NCBI GenBank assembly: GCA_030615175.1
Contig: JAUWZX010000004.1
Location: 1 to 44,326 of the forward strand
Source of the DNA: Candidatus Parvarchaeota archaeon
GTDB lineage: Archaea > Nanobdellota > Nanobdellia > WJKC01
DNA length: 44,326 bases
Direction: 5' to 3'
Shown here: in pieces, positions 18,782 through 28,651 of the stretch
How the letters are laid out: the number at the start of each line of letters is the position of its first letter
Numbering within the stretch: the stretch's first letter is position 1
Notes under the pieces: generated by a model
Databases searched by the model: none
Told to the model about the DNA's origin: nothing
Seen by the model: only the letters and a program-made list of their open reading frames with translations
Made by a program: the position numbers and the translations under genes

Positions 18782-18826
18782 AAAGAAGTAATTAAAAACG
18801 CATGATGCTTATAGAAAAAATTAATA

Positions 18827-19162
18827 ATGCAGAAAAGAAGATATTTTAAGCAAAGAATTGAAGAACAAGAAATAGCCTTGGAAAGAGTGAAAATACTCTT
18901 TAACCTGGCAGGACAGGAATTCAAGAAGCATCCTGAAAGATCAGACAGGTATGCCAAGATGATACTAAACATTGTGAAGAAGACGAGGATAAAACTGCCA
19001 AAAAACATTAAATTATTCATATGCAAGAAATGCGATAAATACCTAGCTCCAGGACTGAACTTAAAAGTAAGGTCAAAACAAGGTTACACTATTTATGAAT
19101 GCTTAAACTGCGGCAGCAAGAGAAGGCAAGGGTACTTAAAAGAAAAAGGAGTGAAGAAATGA
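18827..19162 (+). CDS. rnp4: RNase P protein component 4 (Rpp21)
   Basis: IALERV..L, RY, ICKKC..L.PG, ECLNCG. Confidence 0.92.
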   Translation: MQKRRYFKQRIEEQEIALERVKILFNLAGQEFKKHPERSDRYAKMILNIVKKTRIKLPKNIKLFICKKCDKYLAPGLNLKVRSKQGYTIYECLNCGSKRRQGYLKEKGVKK

Positions 19163-19587
19163 ACGAGTCCTGCAAGGCATTAATAATCATTGGATTAATA
19201 CTAATCCTCGGATGCCTGAATAAAGGAATCCAATACGAATTCAATATTAATATCGTGGCAGACACCATTGGCTGCAGTGCAACAGAAGAATCATACACAG
19301 ACCATTCAATAATGAATAATAAATTAGTGCTCACTACTTACGCAGTAACGCCTAACTTATGCTATGCACTAGAGGAAATAAAACCATTAAGAAACGAGAA
19401 TAACCTAACGCTTAACTTAACAATCGAAGAAGGAATGGCCGGGCTCTGCGGCGACTGCAACGGCTCTATAAGCCTTGTATACGAGATTAGTGAACCGCCA
19501 TTCAATGAAACGAACATAATAATTAATATAGTAATTGAAAACGAATTAAGCGAAACGCACGGCTTCACTATAAAAAAGAATATCTAA
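19159..19587 (+). CDS. Putative lipoprotein/secreted protein
   Basis: MNESCKALIIIGLILILGC lipobox-like; ATGA overlap with rnp4. Confidence 0.7.
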   Translation: MNESCKALIIIGLILILGCLNKGIQYEFNINIVADTIGCSATEESYTDHSIMNNKLVLTTYAVTPNLCYALEEIKPLRNENNLTLNLTIEEGMAGLCGDCNGSISLVYEISEPPFNETNIIINIVIENELSETHGFTIKKNI

Positions 19588-19670
19588 AGTTTATAAAATT
19601 AATGAATGTGTTAAAAAGTAATAATTTAACCAGTAATATTTATAAAGAGCGTTTTAATCTTTGTAAATTC

Positions 19671-20105
19671 ATGACCACAGTGCATGACGTGGAGCCTGAA
19701 AAACTAATAACTGCTATAAGCAAGGACTTCAAAGGCAAAGAAGAATTCAAAGCACCTGAATGGACTAAATGGGTTAAACTAGGAAGGCATAAGGAAAAAC
19801 CGCCAATGAACAGGGACTGGTGGAGCACGCGCTTAGCAGCAATACTCAGAACGGTAAGCGTTAAAGGACCAATAGGAATTGAAAAATTAAGAACAAAGTA
19901 CGGCGGCAGAAAGAAATTCAGCCGAAAACCAAAAAGATTCGTAAAAGCATCAGGAAACATTATAAGGAAGTTAATGCAGCAATTAGAAACGACCGGGCTG
20001 GTAGAAAAGGATAAGAACAAGAAAGGCCGAATCATAACAAAAAAAGGACAATCAATGCTTGACAAAGCAGCAGCCAGACTAGTAAAGGAGGAAAAGAAGA
20101 AATGA
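19671..20105 (+). CDS. rps19e: 30S ribosomal protein S19e
   Basis: MTTVHDV, PEW..WVK.G.HKE.PP, WW..R.A.ILR, YGGRK, SGNIIRK. Confidence 0.97.
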   Translation: MTTVHDVEPEKLITAISKDFKGKEEFKAPEWTKWVKLGRHKEKPPMNRDWWSTRLAAILRTVSVKGPIGIEKLRTKYGGRKKFSRKPKRFVKASGNIIRKLMQQLETTGLVEKDKNKKGRIITKKGQSMLDKAAARLVKEEKKK

Positions 20106-20359
20106 ATCAGGCAGAATATGAAAGACTGTTAGAAATAGAATTAATAAAGAAAGCAGCCACGCTTAATTACATGACAAAAAAAGCCAGGCAAAGGTATAAC
20201 ACTGTAAAACTAGCGCACCCGCAAATAGCGGAACAGGCATTAATGATTATACTAAGAAGCATTGAAACAGGACAAATAAGAATGGTTGATGAAATAATGC
20301 TTAAAAAAATACTATCACAATTAATAAATAACAAACAAGGCCTGATAAAGAGGAAGTAA
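20102..20359 (+). CDS. PDCD5-like dsDNA-binding protein
   Basis: TKKARQRYNTVKLAHP; conserved position after rps19e. Confidence 0.88.
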   Translation: MNQAEYERLLEIELIKKAATLNYMTKKARQRYNTVKLAHPQIAEQALMIILRSIETGQIRMVDEIMLKKILSQLINNKQGLIKRK

Positions 20360-20360
20360 T

Positions 20361-20534
20361 ATGGCAAGGAACAAGCACTTAGCAAGGAAGAAAAGATTAA
20401 TGAGCGCTGGCAAGAAATCAATAGCAGGACCAGTATGGGCAATACTGAAGAAGTACGGCAAGCGCAGAACTCACAGGTGGAGATTAAACCCTCACATGAG
20501 AAGGCACTGGAGGAGGAACAGGTTGAAAAAATGA
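20361..20534 (+). CDS. rpl39e: 50S ribosomal protein L39e (not in ORF track)
   Basis: MARNKHLARKKRL...PVWAILK...RRHWRRNRLKK. Confidence 0.93.
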   Translation: MARNKHLARKKRLMSAGKKSIAGPVWAILKKYGKRRTHRWRLNPHMRRHWRRNRLKK

Positions 20535-20782
20535 TTGAAAGAATATATAATATTAATGTAAGAAGGAAAGCAGTGAAAACTGCAAAGCATAACAGGGCTA
20601 AGAAAACAGTAAAACTGGTAAGGGCGTACGTAGCTAAGCACATGAAAAGCAATGAAGTGAAACTGGACAAGGAATTAAATGAAGAAATATGGAAGCGAGG
20701 AGCCAAGAACCCGTTAATGAAACTGAAAGTTAAAGTAATAAAGGATGATGAAGGCAAAGTAAAGGTGAGCCTGGTAAAATGA
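20531..20782 (+). CDS. rpl31e: 50S ribosomal protein L31e
   Basis: MIERIYNINVR, RAKKTVK, LNEEIWKRG; start re-called to 20531. Confidence 0.93.
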   Translation: MIERIYNINVRRKAVKTAKHNRAKKTVKLVRAYVAKHMKSNEVKLDKELNEEIWKRGAKNPLMKLKVKVIKDDEGKVKVSLVK

Positions 20783-20958
20783 AATTCATAATTAAAGGAG
20801 AATTCAGAATGAAAGGAGAGAAACAGAAATTCTGCAAAGAAGTAGCCGCCAGCAATGAAGCACAAGCCATGGAAAAAATATACGCTGACCTTGGAAGCAA
20901 TCATAAAGTGAAAAGGAGATTCATAAAAGTGGAGGAGATAAAACATGCCGAAAAGTGA
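20779..20958 (+). CDS. rplX: 50S ribosomal protein LX (L18Ae/eL20), not in ORF track
   Basis: MKFIIKGEF...KFCKEV.A...AMEKIYADLGSNHKVKRRFIKV. Confidence 0.93.
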   Translation: MKFIIKGEFRMKGEKQKFCKEVAASNEAQAMEKIYADLGSNHKVKRRFIKVEEIKHAEK

Positions 20959-21367
20959 AGAAAAAGTAAAACCCAGTCAAGAAGAATTACAGGAATTAAT
21001 GATACAATATGAATTACTTAAAAGAGAAGTAACAAACATTGATGCTCAAATAAGGGAATTACAATTAAAGCATAATGAATTAGAAATGGTTAAGCAGGGA
21101 ATTAAAGCAATTAAAGGACAATCACAAAACGAAATACTTGTGCCTGCAGGCGCAGGATTATACGTTAAGTCAAAACTCGTTGACGGCAAGAACTGCCTGG
21201 TGAACGTTGGCGCTAACGTGATAATGAAGAAAACAATAACAGAAGCAGTGAAATTAATTAACAAGCAAATAGATAATGCCATGAACGTGATAATAAAACT
21301 TAATGAAGCTGCAGAACAATTAATAAATCGAATGATAGAGATAGAGCCACAAATAATGATGAGATAA
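20945..21367 (+). CDS. pfdA: Prefoldin subunit alpha
   Basis: Coiled coils flanking EILVPAGAGLYV...LVNVGANV. Confidence 0.94.
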   Translation: MPKSEEKVKPSQEELQELMIQYELLKREVTNIDAQIRELQLKHNELEMVKQGIKAIKGQSQNEILVPAGAGLYVKSKLVDGKNCLVNVGANVIMKKTITEAVKLINKQIDNAMNVIIKLNEAAEQLINRMIEIEPQIMMR

Positions 21368-21372
21368 TAATA

Positions 21373-22296
21373 ATGGTATTCTCATTCCTTAGAAAAAAGA
21401 TTAAGGAAACAATTAACAGCATTAAGAAAGAGCGAATTATTAAAAAAGTAACTGAAAAAAAGATAACAGGCAAAGAATTCAACAACTTCTTCAACGCCCT
21501 TGAATTAAACCTGCTGCAAGCAAACATTGCATACGAAACAATACAGGCAATCAAGAAATCACTGGAAAAGGAGTTAACAGGCAAACAAGTCAGCAGAAGA
21601 AGTCATGAAAAAGTAATAATGAACGCGTTAAAGAAGGCATTAAGGAAAGTGCTAAAAGAATGTAACAGCAATGAATTACTAACTATTATCAAGGAATCAG
21701 ACAAACCTGTAAGCTTCATGTTCATAGGAGTAAACGGTTCAGGGAAAACTACTTCAATTGCTAAGATTGCTAACTGGCTGAAGAAGAATAAAATATCATC
21801 AGTCATGGCTGCATGCGACACTTTCAGGGCTGCAAGCATTGAACAATTAGAAAAGCACGGGAAAGCATTAGGAATCAAGGTAGTGAAGCATAAGTACGGA
21901 GCTGACGCTGCAGCAGTAGCGTACGATGCATTAGAGCATGCAAGAGCCAGGAACGTGAAAGCAGTGCTCATTGACACTGCAGGCAGAAGCCACGCTAACA
22001 CTAATTTAATGAATGAATTAGAAAAAATAAAAAGAGTAATAAAACCTGACTACACAGTATTCGTTGGCGACGCGTTAACAGGCAATGACATGATTGAACA
22101 ATGCAGGACTTTTAATAACACAACACCATTCAACTTCATGATACTAACCAAAACTGATGTTGACGAGAAAGGAGGAGCAATACTGTCAGCCAGTCACACG
22201 ACAGGAGTGCCAATAATGTTCCTGGGAACAGGGCAATTACACAAAGACTTAAAAGCGTTTAATAAAGAAGAACTAATTAACCAGATAATTAAATAA
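21373..22296 (+). CDS. ftsY: SRP receptor FtsY
   Basis: GVNGSGKTT, DTFRAAS, DTAGR, TKTD...KGG. Confidence 0.96.
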   Translation: MVFSFLRKKIKETINSIKKERIIKKVTEKKITGKEFNNFFNALELNLLQANIAYETIQAIKKSLEKELTGKQVSRRSHEKVIMNALKKALRKVLKECNSNELLTIIKESDKPVSFMFIGVNGSGKTTSIAKIANWLKKNKISSVMAACDTFRAASIEQLEKHGKALGIKVVKHKYGADAAAVAYDALEHARARNVKAVLIDTAGRSHANTNLMNELEKIKRVIKPDYTVFVGDALTGNDMIEQCRTFNNTTPFNFMILTKTDVDEKGGAILSASHTTGVPIMFLGTGQLHKDLKAFNKEELINQIIK

Positions 22297-22302
22297 TTAA
22301 TT

Positions 22303-22725
22303 CTAAAAAATTAATAAAACACCTAACAAGAATATTGAAGTCTCAAAAGCAAGGTAACGCTTATTCTTCACTATGTCCTTAATAAAATTTATAGGATTAT
22401 CATATTTCTTATTACTGCTCTTGTAAATAAAGAACTCCTTATCACTAAGCGGGTAAAATAATTTAATGCCGGGATAAGTTGTTAAGTCAACAAGCAAGTG
22501 AAGCATAATGCCAATAGCCACTGGAATTGAAATAAAAGCAATAATTAACGGAATGAACATTGAATGCAAAAACGTTCTGTGATTCTTACGATAATCAAAG
22601 CCAAAAAAGTAAGGCAAAGCGTCAAAGTCAGGCAGCAAACTGCCAATAATAACTAATAATGGATTCAAATCAGCCAGCCTTGAAAAAATAAGTCCAACAC
22701 CGAAATGCCCTGGGAATGCAAGCAT
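22303..22725 (-). CDS. Membrane-bound metal-dependent hydrolase (YdjM-like)
   Basis: GSLLPDFD, HRTFLHS, LHLLVD, G..LFYP. Confidence 0.88.
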   Translation of the reverse strand: MLAFPGHFGVGLIFSRLADLNPLLVIIGSLLPDFDALPYFFGFDYRKNHRTFLHSMFIPLIIAFISIPVAIGIMLHLLVDLTTYPGIKLFYPLSDKEFFIYKSSNKKYDNPINFIKDIVKNKRYLAFETSIFLLGVLLIF

Positions 22726-22782
22726 GATTCAATATCTGATAAACCGAACATTTAAAAAGTTAAAGGATTATTTCTAAAGTCC

Positions 22783-24147
22783 ATGGTCTTAAAGAACTTT
22801 GGAAACGCGTTAAAAGAAAGCATACGTAAGCTAATCTCCAAAGTAATAATAGATAAGAAAAGCATTAATGAATTCATCAGTGACATTCAGCGCGCAATGA
22901 TAACAGGCGACGTTGACGTAAAACTCGTATTCGAACTGACAAAGAAAATAAAAAATGAAATACTGAAAAGCAAGGCATTCTCAAAAAAAGAACAAGTAGT
23001 GAAAATAGTTTATAACAACTTAGTTAAATTCCTTGGCAGTGAAGGAGGAAGGATTGACACAGGCAAGAAACCGCTGAAAATACTGCTGATAGGGACTTTC
23101 GGGTCAGGCAAGACAACGACTTGCGGTAAACTAGCAAAGTACTTCAAGAAAAAAGGATTAAAGACAGCACTACTAGCACTTGACACGTTCAGGCCTGCAG
23201 CAGTAGAGCAATTAGAACAAATAGGAAGCAAAGCCCAGGTAACAGTAATGCTTAACAAGAAGGAGAAAAAAGCTCATAAGATAGTGAAAGAATTCAAAGA
23301 CTCATTTAAGAAATATAACCTTATAATCGCGGACTCAGCAGGAAGAGACAGCCTTGACAAGGACTTAATCAAGGAAATTAAATCAATACATAAAGCATTA
23401 AATCCTGATGAAATATTACTAATCATTCCTGCAGACATGGGTCAGGCAGCGCGCACTCAAGCAGTTGAATTCCACAAAGCACTAGGCATAACAGGAATAA
23501 TAATCACTAAACTTGACGGCACGGCAAAAGGAGGAGGCGCGTTATCAGCATGCGCTGCATCAGAAGCACCGGTAAAATTCATAGGCACTGGCGAAGGACT
23601 TAATGATTTTGAATTATTTAATCCGAAAAGATTCGTGTCAAGATTACTTGGCATGGGTGACTTGGAAACATTACTGGAAAAAGCTCATGAAGAATTAGAC
23701 CTGAATGAAGTAAAGGACTTAGGTGAGAAATTCTTCTCAGGCAAATTTAACTTAATGGACTTATACCAGCAATTACAAGCAGTACGCAAGTTAGGCAGTT
23801 TCTCCAAAATCCTTAACTTAATACCAGGCGCTGGCACGATAAAACTGCCTAAAGGCATGCTTGACTTGCAGGAAGATAACGTGAAGAAATTCAAACACTT
23901 AATGGACTCAATGACTAAGGAAGAATTAGAGAATCCTAAAGTACTGAATACTTCAAGAATTGAACGCGCAGCCAAAGGAGCAGGCAATGAAGTCAAGGAT
24001 GTCAGATTACTCTTAAAACAGTACGGTCAGATGAAAAACATGGTTAAGAAACTGCAAGGCGGCAACTTAAAGAAGATGATGAAGAAACTAGGCATCAAGA
24101 ACTTGAAAGCGCTTGAAGGAATGGACTTAGGAGGCTTAGAAACATGA
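22783..24147 (+). CDS. srp54: Signal recognition particle protein SRP54
   Basis: GTFGSGKTTT, DTFRPAA, DSAGR, TKLDGTAKGGG, M-domain DSMT.EE. Confidence 0.97.
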   Translation: MVLKNFGNALKESIRKLISKVIIDKKSINEFISDIQRAMITGDVDVKLVFELTKKIKNEILKSKAFSKKEQVVKIVYNNLVKFLGSEGGRIDTGKKPLKILLIGTFGSGKTTTCGKLAKYFKKKGLKTALLALDTFRPAAVEQLEQIGSKAQVTVMLNKKEKKAHKIVKEFKDSFKKYNLIIADSAGRDSLDKDLIKEIKSIHKALNPDEILLIIPADMGQAARTQAVEFHKALGITGIIITKLDGTAKGGGALSACAASEAPVKFIGTGEGLNDFELFNPKRFVSRLLGMGDLETLLEKAHEELDLNEVKDLGEKFFSGKFNLMDLYQQLQAVRKLGSFSKILNLIPGAGTIKLPKGMLDLQEDNVKKFKHLMDSMTKEELENPKVLNTSRIERAAKGAGNEVKDVRLLLKQYGQMKNMVKKLQGGNLKKMMKKLGIKNLKALEGMDLGGLET

Positions 24148-24281
24148 AGTGCACTAAATGCAAGAAGAAAATTAAAACAACATTCCTGAACAAGATTATA
24201 GGCACATACATTAAAGGAAAACCCTACTGCAAGGACTGCCAGAAGAAAATAAATAAGAAAATAAAAAAAATTACTTCTTAA
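24144..24281 (+). CDS. Small zinc-finger protein (45 aa), not in ORF track
   Basis: ATGA overlap with srp54; MKCTKCKKKIKTTFLNKIIGTYIKGKPYCKDCQKK... Confidence 0.8.
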   Translation: MKCTKCKKKIKTTFLNKIIGTYIKGKPYCKDCQKKINKKIKKITS

Positions 24282-24549
24282 TCAAAGGACACCAAGTTAA
24301 TACACAGTTATAAGTCAATGCGAAAATTAATCCGAAAACGAATCCATCAATAGCAGCCCATAAAGCGCCAATAAAGATTCCAATCAAAGTCACGCTATAA
24401 CCAATGTAAAGACTGCTAATAGAACTCACTAAAGGAGTAGCCCAGCCAAACAAACTAATAACTCCAAGCAATACAATACCAATAGTCCACGTGATTAACG
24501 AAGCACCACTAAAAGCCCACACATTTAATTTAGGCAACCTCGAAGCCAT
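24271..24549 (-). CDS. Small membrane protein (holin-like family)
   Basis: 92 aa, hydrophobic, SLYIGYS.T.IG..IG.LWA.IDG. Confidence 0.7.
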   Translation of the reverse strand: MASRLPKLNVWAFSGASLITWTIGIVLLGVISLFGWATPLVSSISSLYIGYSVTLIGIFIGALWAAIDGFVFGLIFALTYNCVLTWCPLIKK

Positions 24550-24588
24550 GAAAGATTATTAATCATTAAAGCATTTAATACTTTGCTC

Positions 24589-24942
24589 ATGAAAGGCATT
24601 TACATACTGTTAATAAAGATTAAAAAGAACTTAAAAATAAAGATTGGCTCACTCGGAGTCATTGAATTTAACAAAGGCTGCTATGCTTACGTTGGCTCAA
24701 GCCAGAATAACTTAATAAAAAGAGTGCACAGGCATTACTCAAATAATAAGAAGATTCACTGGCACATTGACTACTTACTCAATAATGATGAAACAGTTAT
24801 TAAAAGCGTTTACTGCAAGGAATTAAGCAAGGAATGGGAATGCAGGATTGCCAAGGAATTAAGTGATAAAGGAGAAATAGTGCAAGGATTCGGGAGCAGT
24901 GACTGCAAATGCAGCAGTCACTTAATTAAAATAGGAATGTAA
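24589..24942 (+). CDS. GIY-YIG nuclease, DUF123 family
   Basis: KGIYIL, YAYVGS, RV.RH, HWHIDYL, GFGSSDC.C.SHL. Confidence 0.92.
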   Translation: MKGIYILLIKIKKNLKIKIGSLGVIEFNKGCYAYVGSSQNNLIKRVHRHYSNNKKIHWHIDYLLNNDETVIKSVYCKELSKEWECRIAKELSDKGEIVQGFGSSDCKCSSHLIKIGM

Positions 24943-24943
24943 T

Positions 24944-26407
24944 CTAGTACTCCCTTGCAATGTAAACAACGCTTTCAGCCTTACTGCCGCACGCAACGCA
25001 CTTAGTCCACGGCCGCTCCTCAACATCAATCCTCACGCCCCTCACTTCAGCAGTTAAATCACTCTTAATCTTATTAGCGCACTTAAAACCATTCATGCCA
25101 ATAGAACAATAAGATGCCCTGGCAATCCTCCTGTCACCAATCACCTTCTTTAACCCGGAATAATCATTAACAGTCACAATACAATCCTTAAACTCCTTGT
25201 CAGCCTGCCTGATTAAAGTACTGGTGATTTCATCACCCAGCTTCCTAATACCCTTTAATGCAGACCTCTTAATCACCTTCTTCGTTCTCAAGTCACGCCT
25301 ATAAACAGTAACAGTCTTATTTTTAACTTCTTTAACTCCAACCTCAAACCTTACTGGAACTCCCTTCATCTCCCAGTAATAATACTTACTCCCAGGCATT
25401 TTATCACCATCATCAATCACAACCCTTAAACCATTCTTTACTAACTCACCCTTCAAGTCATTACAATACTTCAAAACTGCCTTCTCAGAACCCTTACTGA
25501 TTATTGGAATAATAATGACCTGCACAGGAGCGAGATTGAAAGGCAGTCTTAAACCATTATTATCACCATGCACTGCAATAAGAGAAGCATAAATCCTTGA
25601 AATAGCAGGTCCATAACAAGTCTGCCAGCCATACCTCTTCACCTCATCCTTATCAGTGAAAGTAATATTAAACGGTTTAGAAAACTTCTGTCCAAGCAAA
25701 TGAGTTGAAGGCTGCTGCATTACCTTGCCGTCAGGCATTACCACATCACAAGCATAAGTGTACTCAGCGCCAGGGAACTTATCCCACTCAGGCCTCTTAA
25801 AGTGAATGAATGGAATGCCAAAAACACCACTAATAACCCGCTTGGACATCCCTAAATCCTCCCTCACCTGAGCCTCCGCTTCCTCACGGGAAGCGAAAAC
25901 GTCATGCGCCTCAATCCAGTAAAACTCCCTTGTCCTAATGAACGGTTTAGTGGCCTTAGTCTCCCACCTGAAAACATTAGCGCGCTGATACAACTTTAAC
26001 GGCAAATCCTTCCAACTCCTAACCCATAACTCATACATCTGATAAAAAGCAGTCTCTGAAGTTGACCTGAGCGCATACCTCTGCCCAAGTTTCTTGCGCT
26101 TACCAACCTCTGTAACAAAAATTAATTCAGGCATGAATCCAATAACGTGCTCCGCCTCCTTCCTATAACTTGACTCAGGAATTAATAAAGGAAAATAACA
26201 AGGTTTATGACCAGTTAACTGCAGCTCCCTCTCATAAATATCATACATTAACTCCATCGTTATAACTGACCACGGCCTGAAAACGTAAAACCCCTTAAGA
26301 TTATAACGGTCATCAACTAATTCAGCAACCCTGACAATAGTATTATACCACTTTGAAAAATCCTTCCTCTTATTAATATTAAATGTTTCAACATCCTTCC
26401 CAGCCAT
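24944..26407 (-). CDS. proS: Proline--tRNA ligase (archaeal/eukaryal type)
   Basis: RSTSET, FRWE.K...PFIRTREF, HLLGQKF, C-terminal zinc domain ending Y. Confidence 0.97.
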   Translation of the reverse strand: MAGKDVETFNINKRKDFSKWYNTIVRVAELVDDRYNLKGFYVFRPWSVITMELMYDIYERELQLTGHKPCYFPLLIPESSYRKEAEHVIGFMPELIFVTEVGKRKKLGQRYALRSTSETAFYQMYELWVRSWKDLPLKLYQRANVFRWETKATKPFIRTREFYWIEAHDVFASREEAEAQVREDLGMSKRVISGVFGIPFIHFKRPEWDKFPGAEYTYACDVVMPDGKVMQQPSTHLLGQKFSKPFNITFTDKDEVKRYGWQTCYGPAISRIYASLIAVHGDNNGLRLPFNLAPVQVIIIPIISKGSEKAVLKYCNDLKGELVKNGLRVVIDDGDKMPGSKYYYWEMKGVPVRFEVGVKEVKNKTVTVYRRDLRTKKVIKRSALKGIRKLGDEITSTLIRQADKEFKDCIVTVNDYSGLKKVIGDRRIARASYCSIGMNGFKCANKIKSDLTAEVRGVRIDVEERPWTKCVACGSKAESVVYIAREY

Positions 26408-26487
26408 GAATGCTTAGAAGATGATAATAACTTAAAAAACTTACTTAACACAGCATTTTTTCGAAAAGATTATTAAACTAATCATCC

Positions 26488-27831
26488 ATGATTTATAACT
26501 CAATGATTGAATCAATTAAGAAAACAATAGCTGATAATAACATCAAGTTCGTGCGATTACTATTCACCGACATATTCGGCAAATTAAAAAGCTGCGAAAT
26601 ACCTATAGAACGCCTGCAAAAAGCCTTAAATGAAGGAATTGGTTTTGACGGCTCATCAGTTCAGGGATGGACAAGGGTTCATGAAAGCGACATGCTGTTA
26701 AAACCAGACATTAAAACCTTCAGAATCCTAAGTTATAAAGAACAGCAATTAACGCGCACAGCAGGCATTTTCTGCGACATAGTAACCCCTAACAACCAGC
26801 CATTTGAAGGAGACCCCAGATTCATTCTAAAAAAAGTCCTGGCTGAAGCTGAAAGCATGGGCTTAGAGTACAGGACAGGACCAGAACTTGAATTCTACTT
26901 ATTCAAGAAAACAGACCTTGATGAAGGACGCGTCAAGCCATTAGACGCAGGAGACTACTTTGACCTGGCACCACTAGACAATAGCGCGAGTATTAGGAAA
27001 AGAATAATTAATGCTCTTGAAAGAAGGATAAGAGTGCCTGTTGAAATGAGCCATCATGAATGCGGTCCAGGCCAGCATGAAATTGACATAAAGTACGGGC
27101 AAGCCATTAACATGGCTGACAGCATCATGCTGTCAAAATACCTTATTAAAAGGATTTGCTCTGATGAAGGATTATACGCTTCTTTCATGCCAAAACCCGT
27201 TTACGGCATCCCTGGTTCAGGAATGCACATTCATCAAAGCCTGTGGAGTAAAGGAGTTAACGCATTCCACAAAGAAGATGACAAATACAGGTTAAGCAGA
27301 ACAGCATACAGCTTCCTTGCAGGGCAGTTAAAACACATTAAAGCCATAACCTGCATTACTAACCCAATAATTAATTCTTATAAACGATTAGTCTCAGGCT
27401 TCGAAGCACCAGTCTATATCTGCTGGGCTAGGATGAACAGGTCAGCGCTCATTAGAATCCCATTAAGCAAGAATGATAAAAGCACCAGGCTTGAATTAAG
27501 AAGCCCTGACCCCTCATGCAATCCATACTTAGCCATGGCAGTCATGCTCAAAGCAGGGATTAACGGCATTAAAAACAATCTTAAACCATCAAAACCAATC
27601 GAAGAAAATGTTTATGACTTCAATAAAGCAAAACTAGCCGAGCACTACATTAACACGCTGCCAAAAACAATTCATGAAGCAACCATGGAACTGAAAAAAG
27701 ATGAAACAGTGCAAAGCGTTCTAGGCAAATTCATAACAAACAAGATAATAGAAGCCAATGAAACCATCTGGAAAGAATACAGCACTCAAGTAACTGATTA
27801 TGAAATTAAAAAATACCTGCCAATACTATAA
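26488..27831 (+). CDS. glnA: Glutamine synthetase type I
   Basis: FDGSS, GPELEFY, HHE..PGQHEI, FMPKP, GSGMH, NRSALIR, ELRSPD. Confidence 0.96.
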   Translation: MIYNSMIESIKKTIADNNIKFVRLLFTDIFGKLKSCEIPIERLQKALNEGIGFDGSSVQGWTRVHESDMLLKPDIKTFRILSYKEQQLTRTAGIFCDIVTPNNQPFEGDPRFILKKVLAEAESMGLEYRTGPELEFYLFKKTDLDEGRVKPLDAGDYFDLAPLDNSASIRKRIINALERRIRVPVEMSHHECGPGQHEIDIKYGQAINMADSIMLSKYLIKRICSDEGLYASFMPKPVYGIPGSGMHIHQSLWSKGVNAFHKEDDKYRLSRTAYSFLAGQLKHIKAITCITNPIINSYKRLVSGFEAPVYICWARMNRSALIRIPLSKNDKSTRLELRSPDPSCNPYLAMAVMLKAGINGIKNNLKPSKPIEENVYDFNKAKLAEHYINTLPKTIHEATMELKKDETVQSVLGKFITNKIIEANETIWKEYSTQVTDYEIKKYLPIL

Positions 27832-27865
27832 TTAATCATCAAATAATTTACTACTAATATCATGA

Positions 27866-28588
27866 TTAATCATCCAGAAATCTTAAGGACTTCAACTCCC
27901 CTTCCTCCTCCTCCATTAAAGCCTCCTTAACGCCCGCAGTGCATGATAATTTATTCCTTATTAACCATAAATCTGAAGGAATCACCTTCTCTTTACCTAA
28001 CCCTTTAATGCTGAACCATTTAAGTCTTCCATGACCAGACTCCTTAAAACGCGCAGGGCATTGTTCTGGCATCATGACTTTAGTGAAGAATAAAATAAAA
28101 CCATGCTTAATCATGCCGCCATCCATAACCCTCTCATGCAGCACAGCATTCAATGAAGAGTAATTCACATTCAACGAAGTCTTAGTCCTGACCAGCCTTA
28201 ATGCAGCATCCTTAAAACTCTCCTCTAAACCCATCTTGCCCCCAATCATGCCCCAGTAACCCTTATACGGCCTCTTATTCCTCTTAATTAAAAGAATCTT
28301 ATCATCATTAATAATGGCTGCAAGCACGACTGGCAGGACGCCAACCATGCTCCCAGTTATGTAAGGGAACACCGGCATGTACTTCTCAGCATTCTTAGTT
28401 AACTGATAATAATCACCTTTCTTCTCTATTAAACCATGCTCCACTAGTATTCCTAAATGATAAGCAATCATGTTAGAACGTATTCCAACCCCCTTCTCTA
28501 TTTCACTAAACCTCAACCTGGTCTCGTTCAGAAACAATTTAAATATCTGTTCCCTCTCCTCCTTAACAAGACTCCCCGAGTGATTCAT
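27866..28588 (-). CDS. Winged-helix plus Nudix-like domain protein (putative nucleotide-sensing regulator)
   Basis: RFSEIE...SNMIAYHL..L...GLI; degenerate Nudix box GG.....E....AALRLVRTKTSL. Confidence 0.82.
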   Translation of the reverse strand: MNHSGSLVKEEREQIFKLFLNETRLRFSEIEKGVGIRSNMIAYHLGILVEHGLIEKKGDYYQLTKNAEKYMPVFPYITGSMVGVLPVVLAAIINDDKILLIKRNKRPYKGYWGMIGGKMGLEESFKDAALRLVRTKTSLNVNYSSLNAVLHERVMDGGMIKHGFILFFTKVMMPEQCPARFKESGHGRLKWFSIKGLGKEKVIPSDLWLIRNKLSCTAGVKEALMEEEEGELKSLRFLDD

Positions 28589-28615
28589 TATTACTCAAAT
28601 TAATTCGAGGAATAA
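28588..28615. promoter_or_regulatory. 28-bp palindromic operator between divergent Nudix genes
   Basis: TTATTACTCAAATT|AATTCGAGGAATAA, 12/14 pairs. Confidence 0.6.
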
Positions 28616-28651
28616 CTTAAATACTTTTTCATAATAAATTACAAAATTAAA

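Noticed and set aside
20435..20530. N-terminal extension of L31e in the ORF track
   Set aside because: This DNA encodes L39e in another frame; the true L31e start is 20531
20167..20946. 259-aa minus-strand ORF and other antisense ORFs (e.g. 3747-4184, 9970-10431, 19640-20065, 34213-34668, 41276-41761)
   Set aside because: Shadows of well-supported genes on the opposite strand, F/L/S-rich with no motifs
24271..24549. Provirus implied by the holin-like gene
   Set aside because: Flanked by housekeeping genes; no capsid, terminase or integrase in the window
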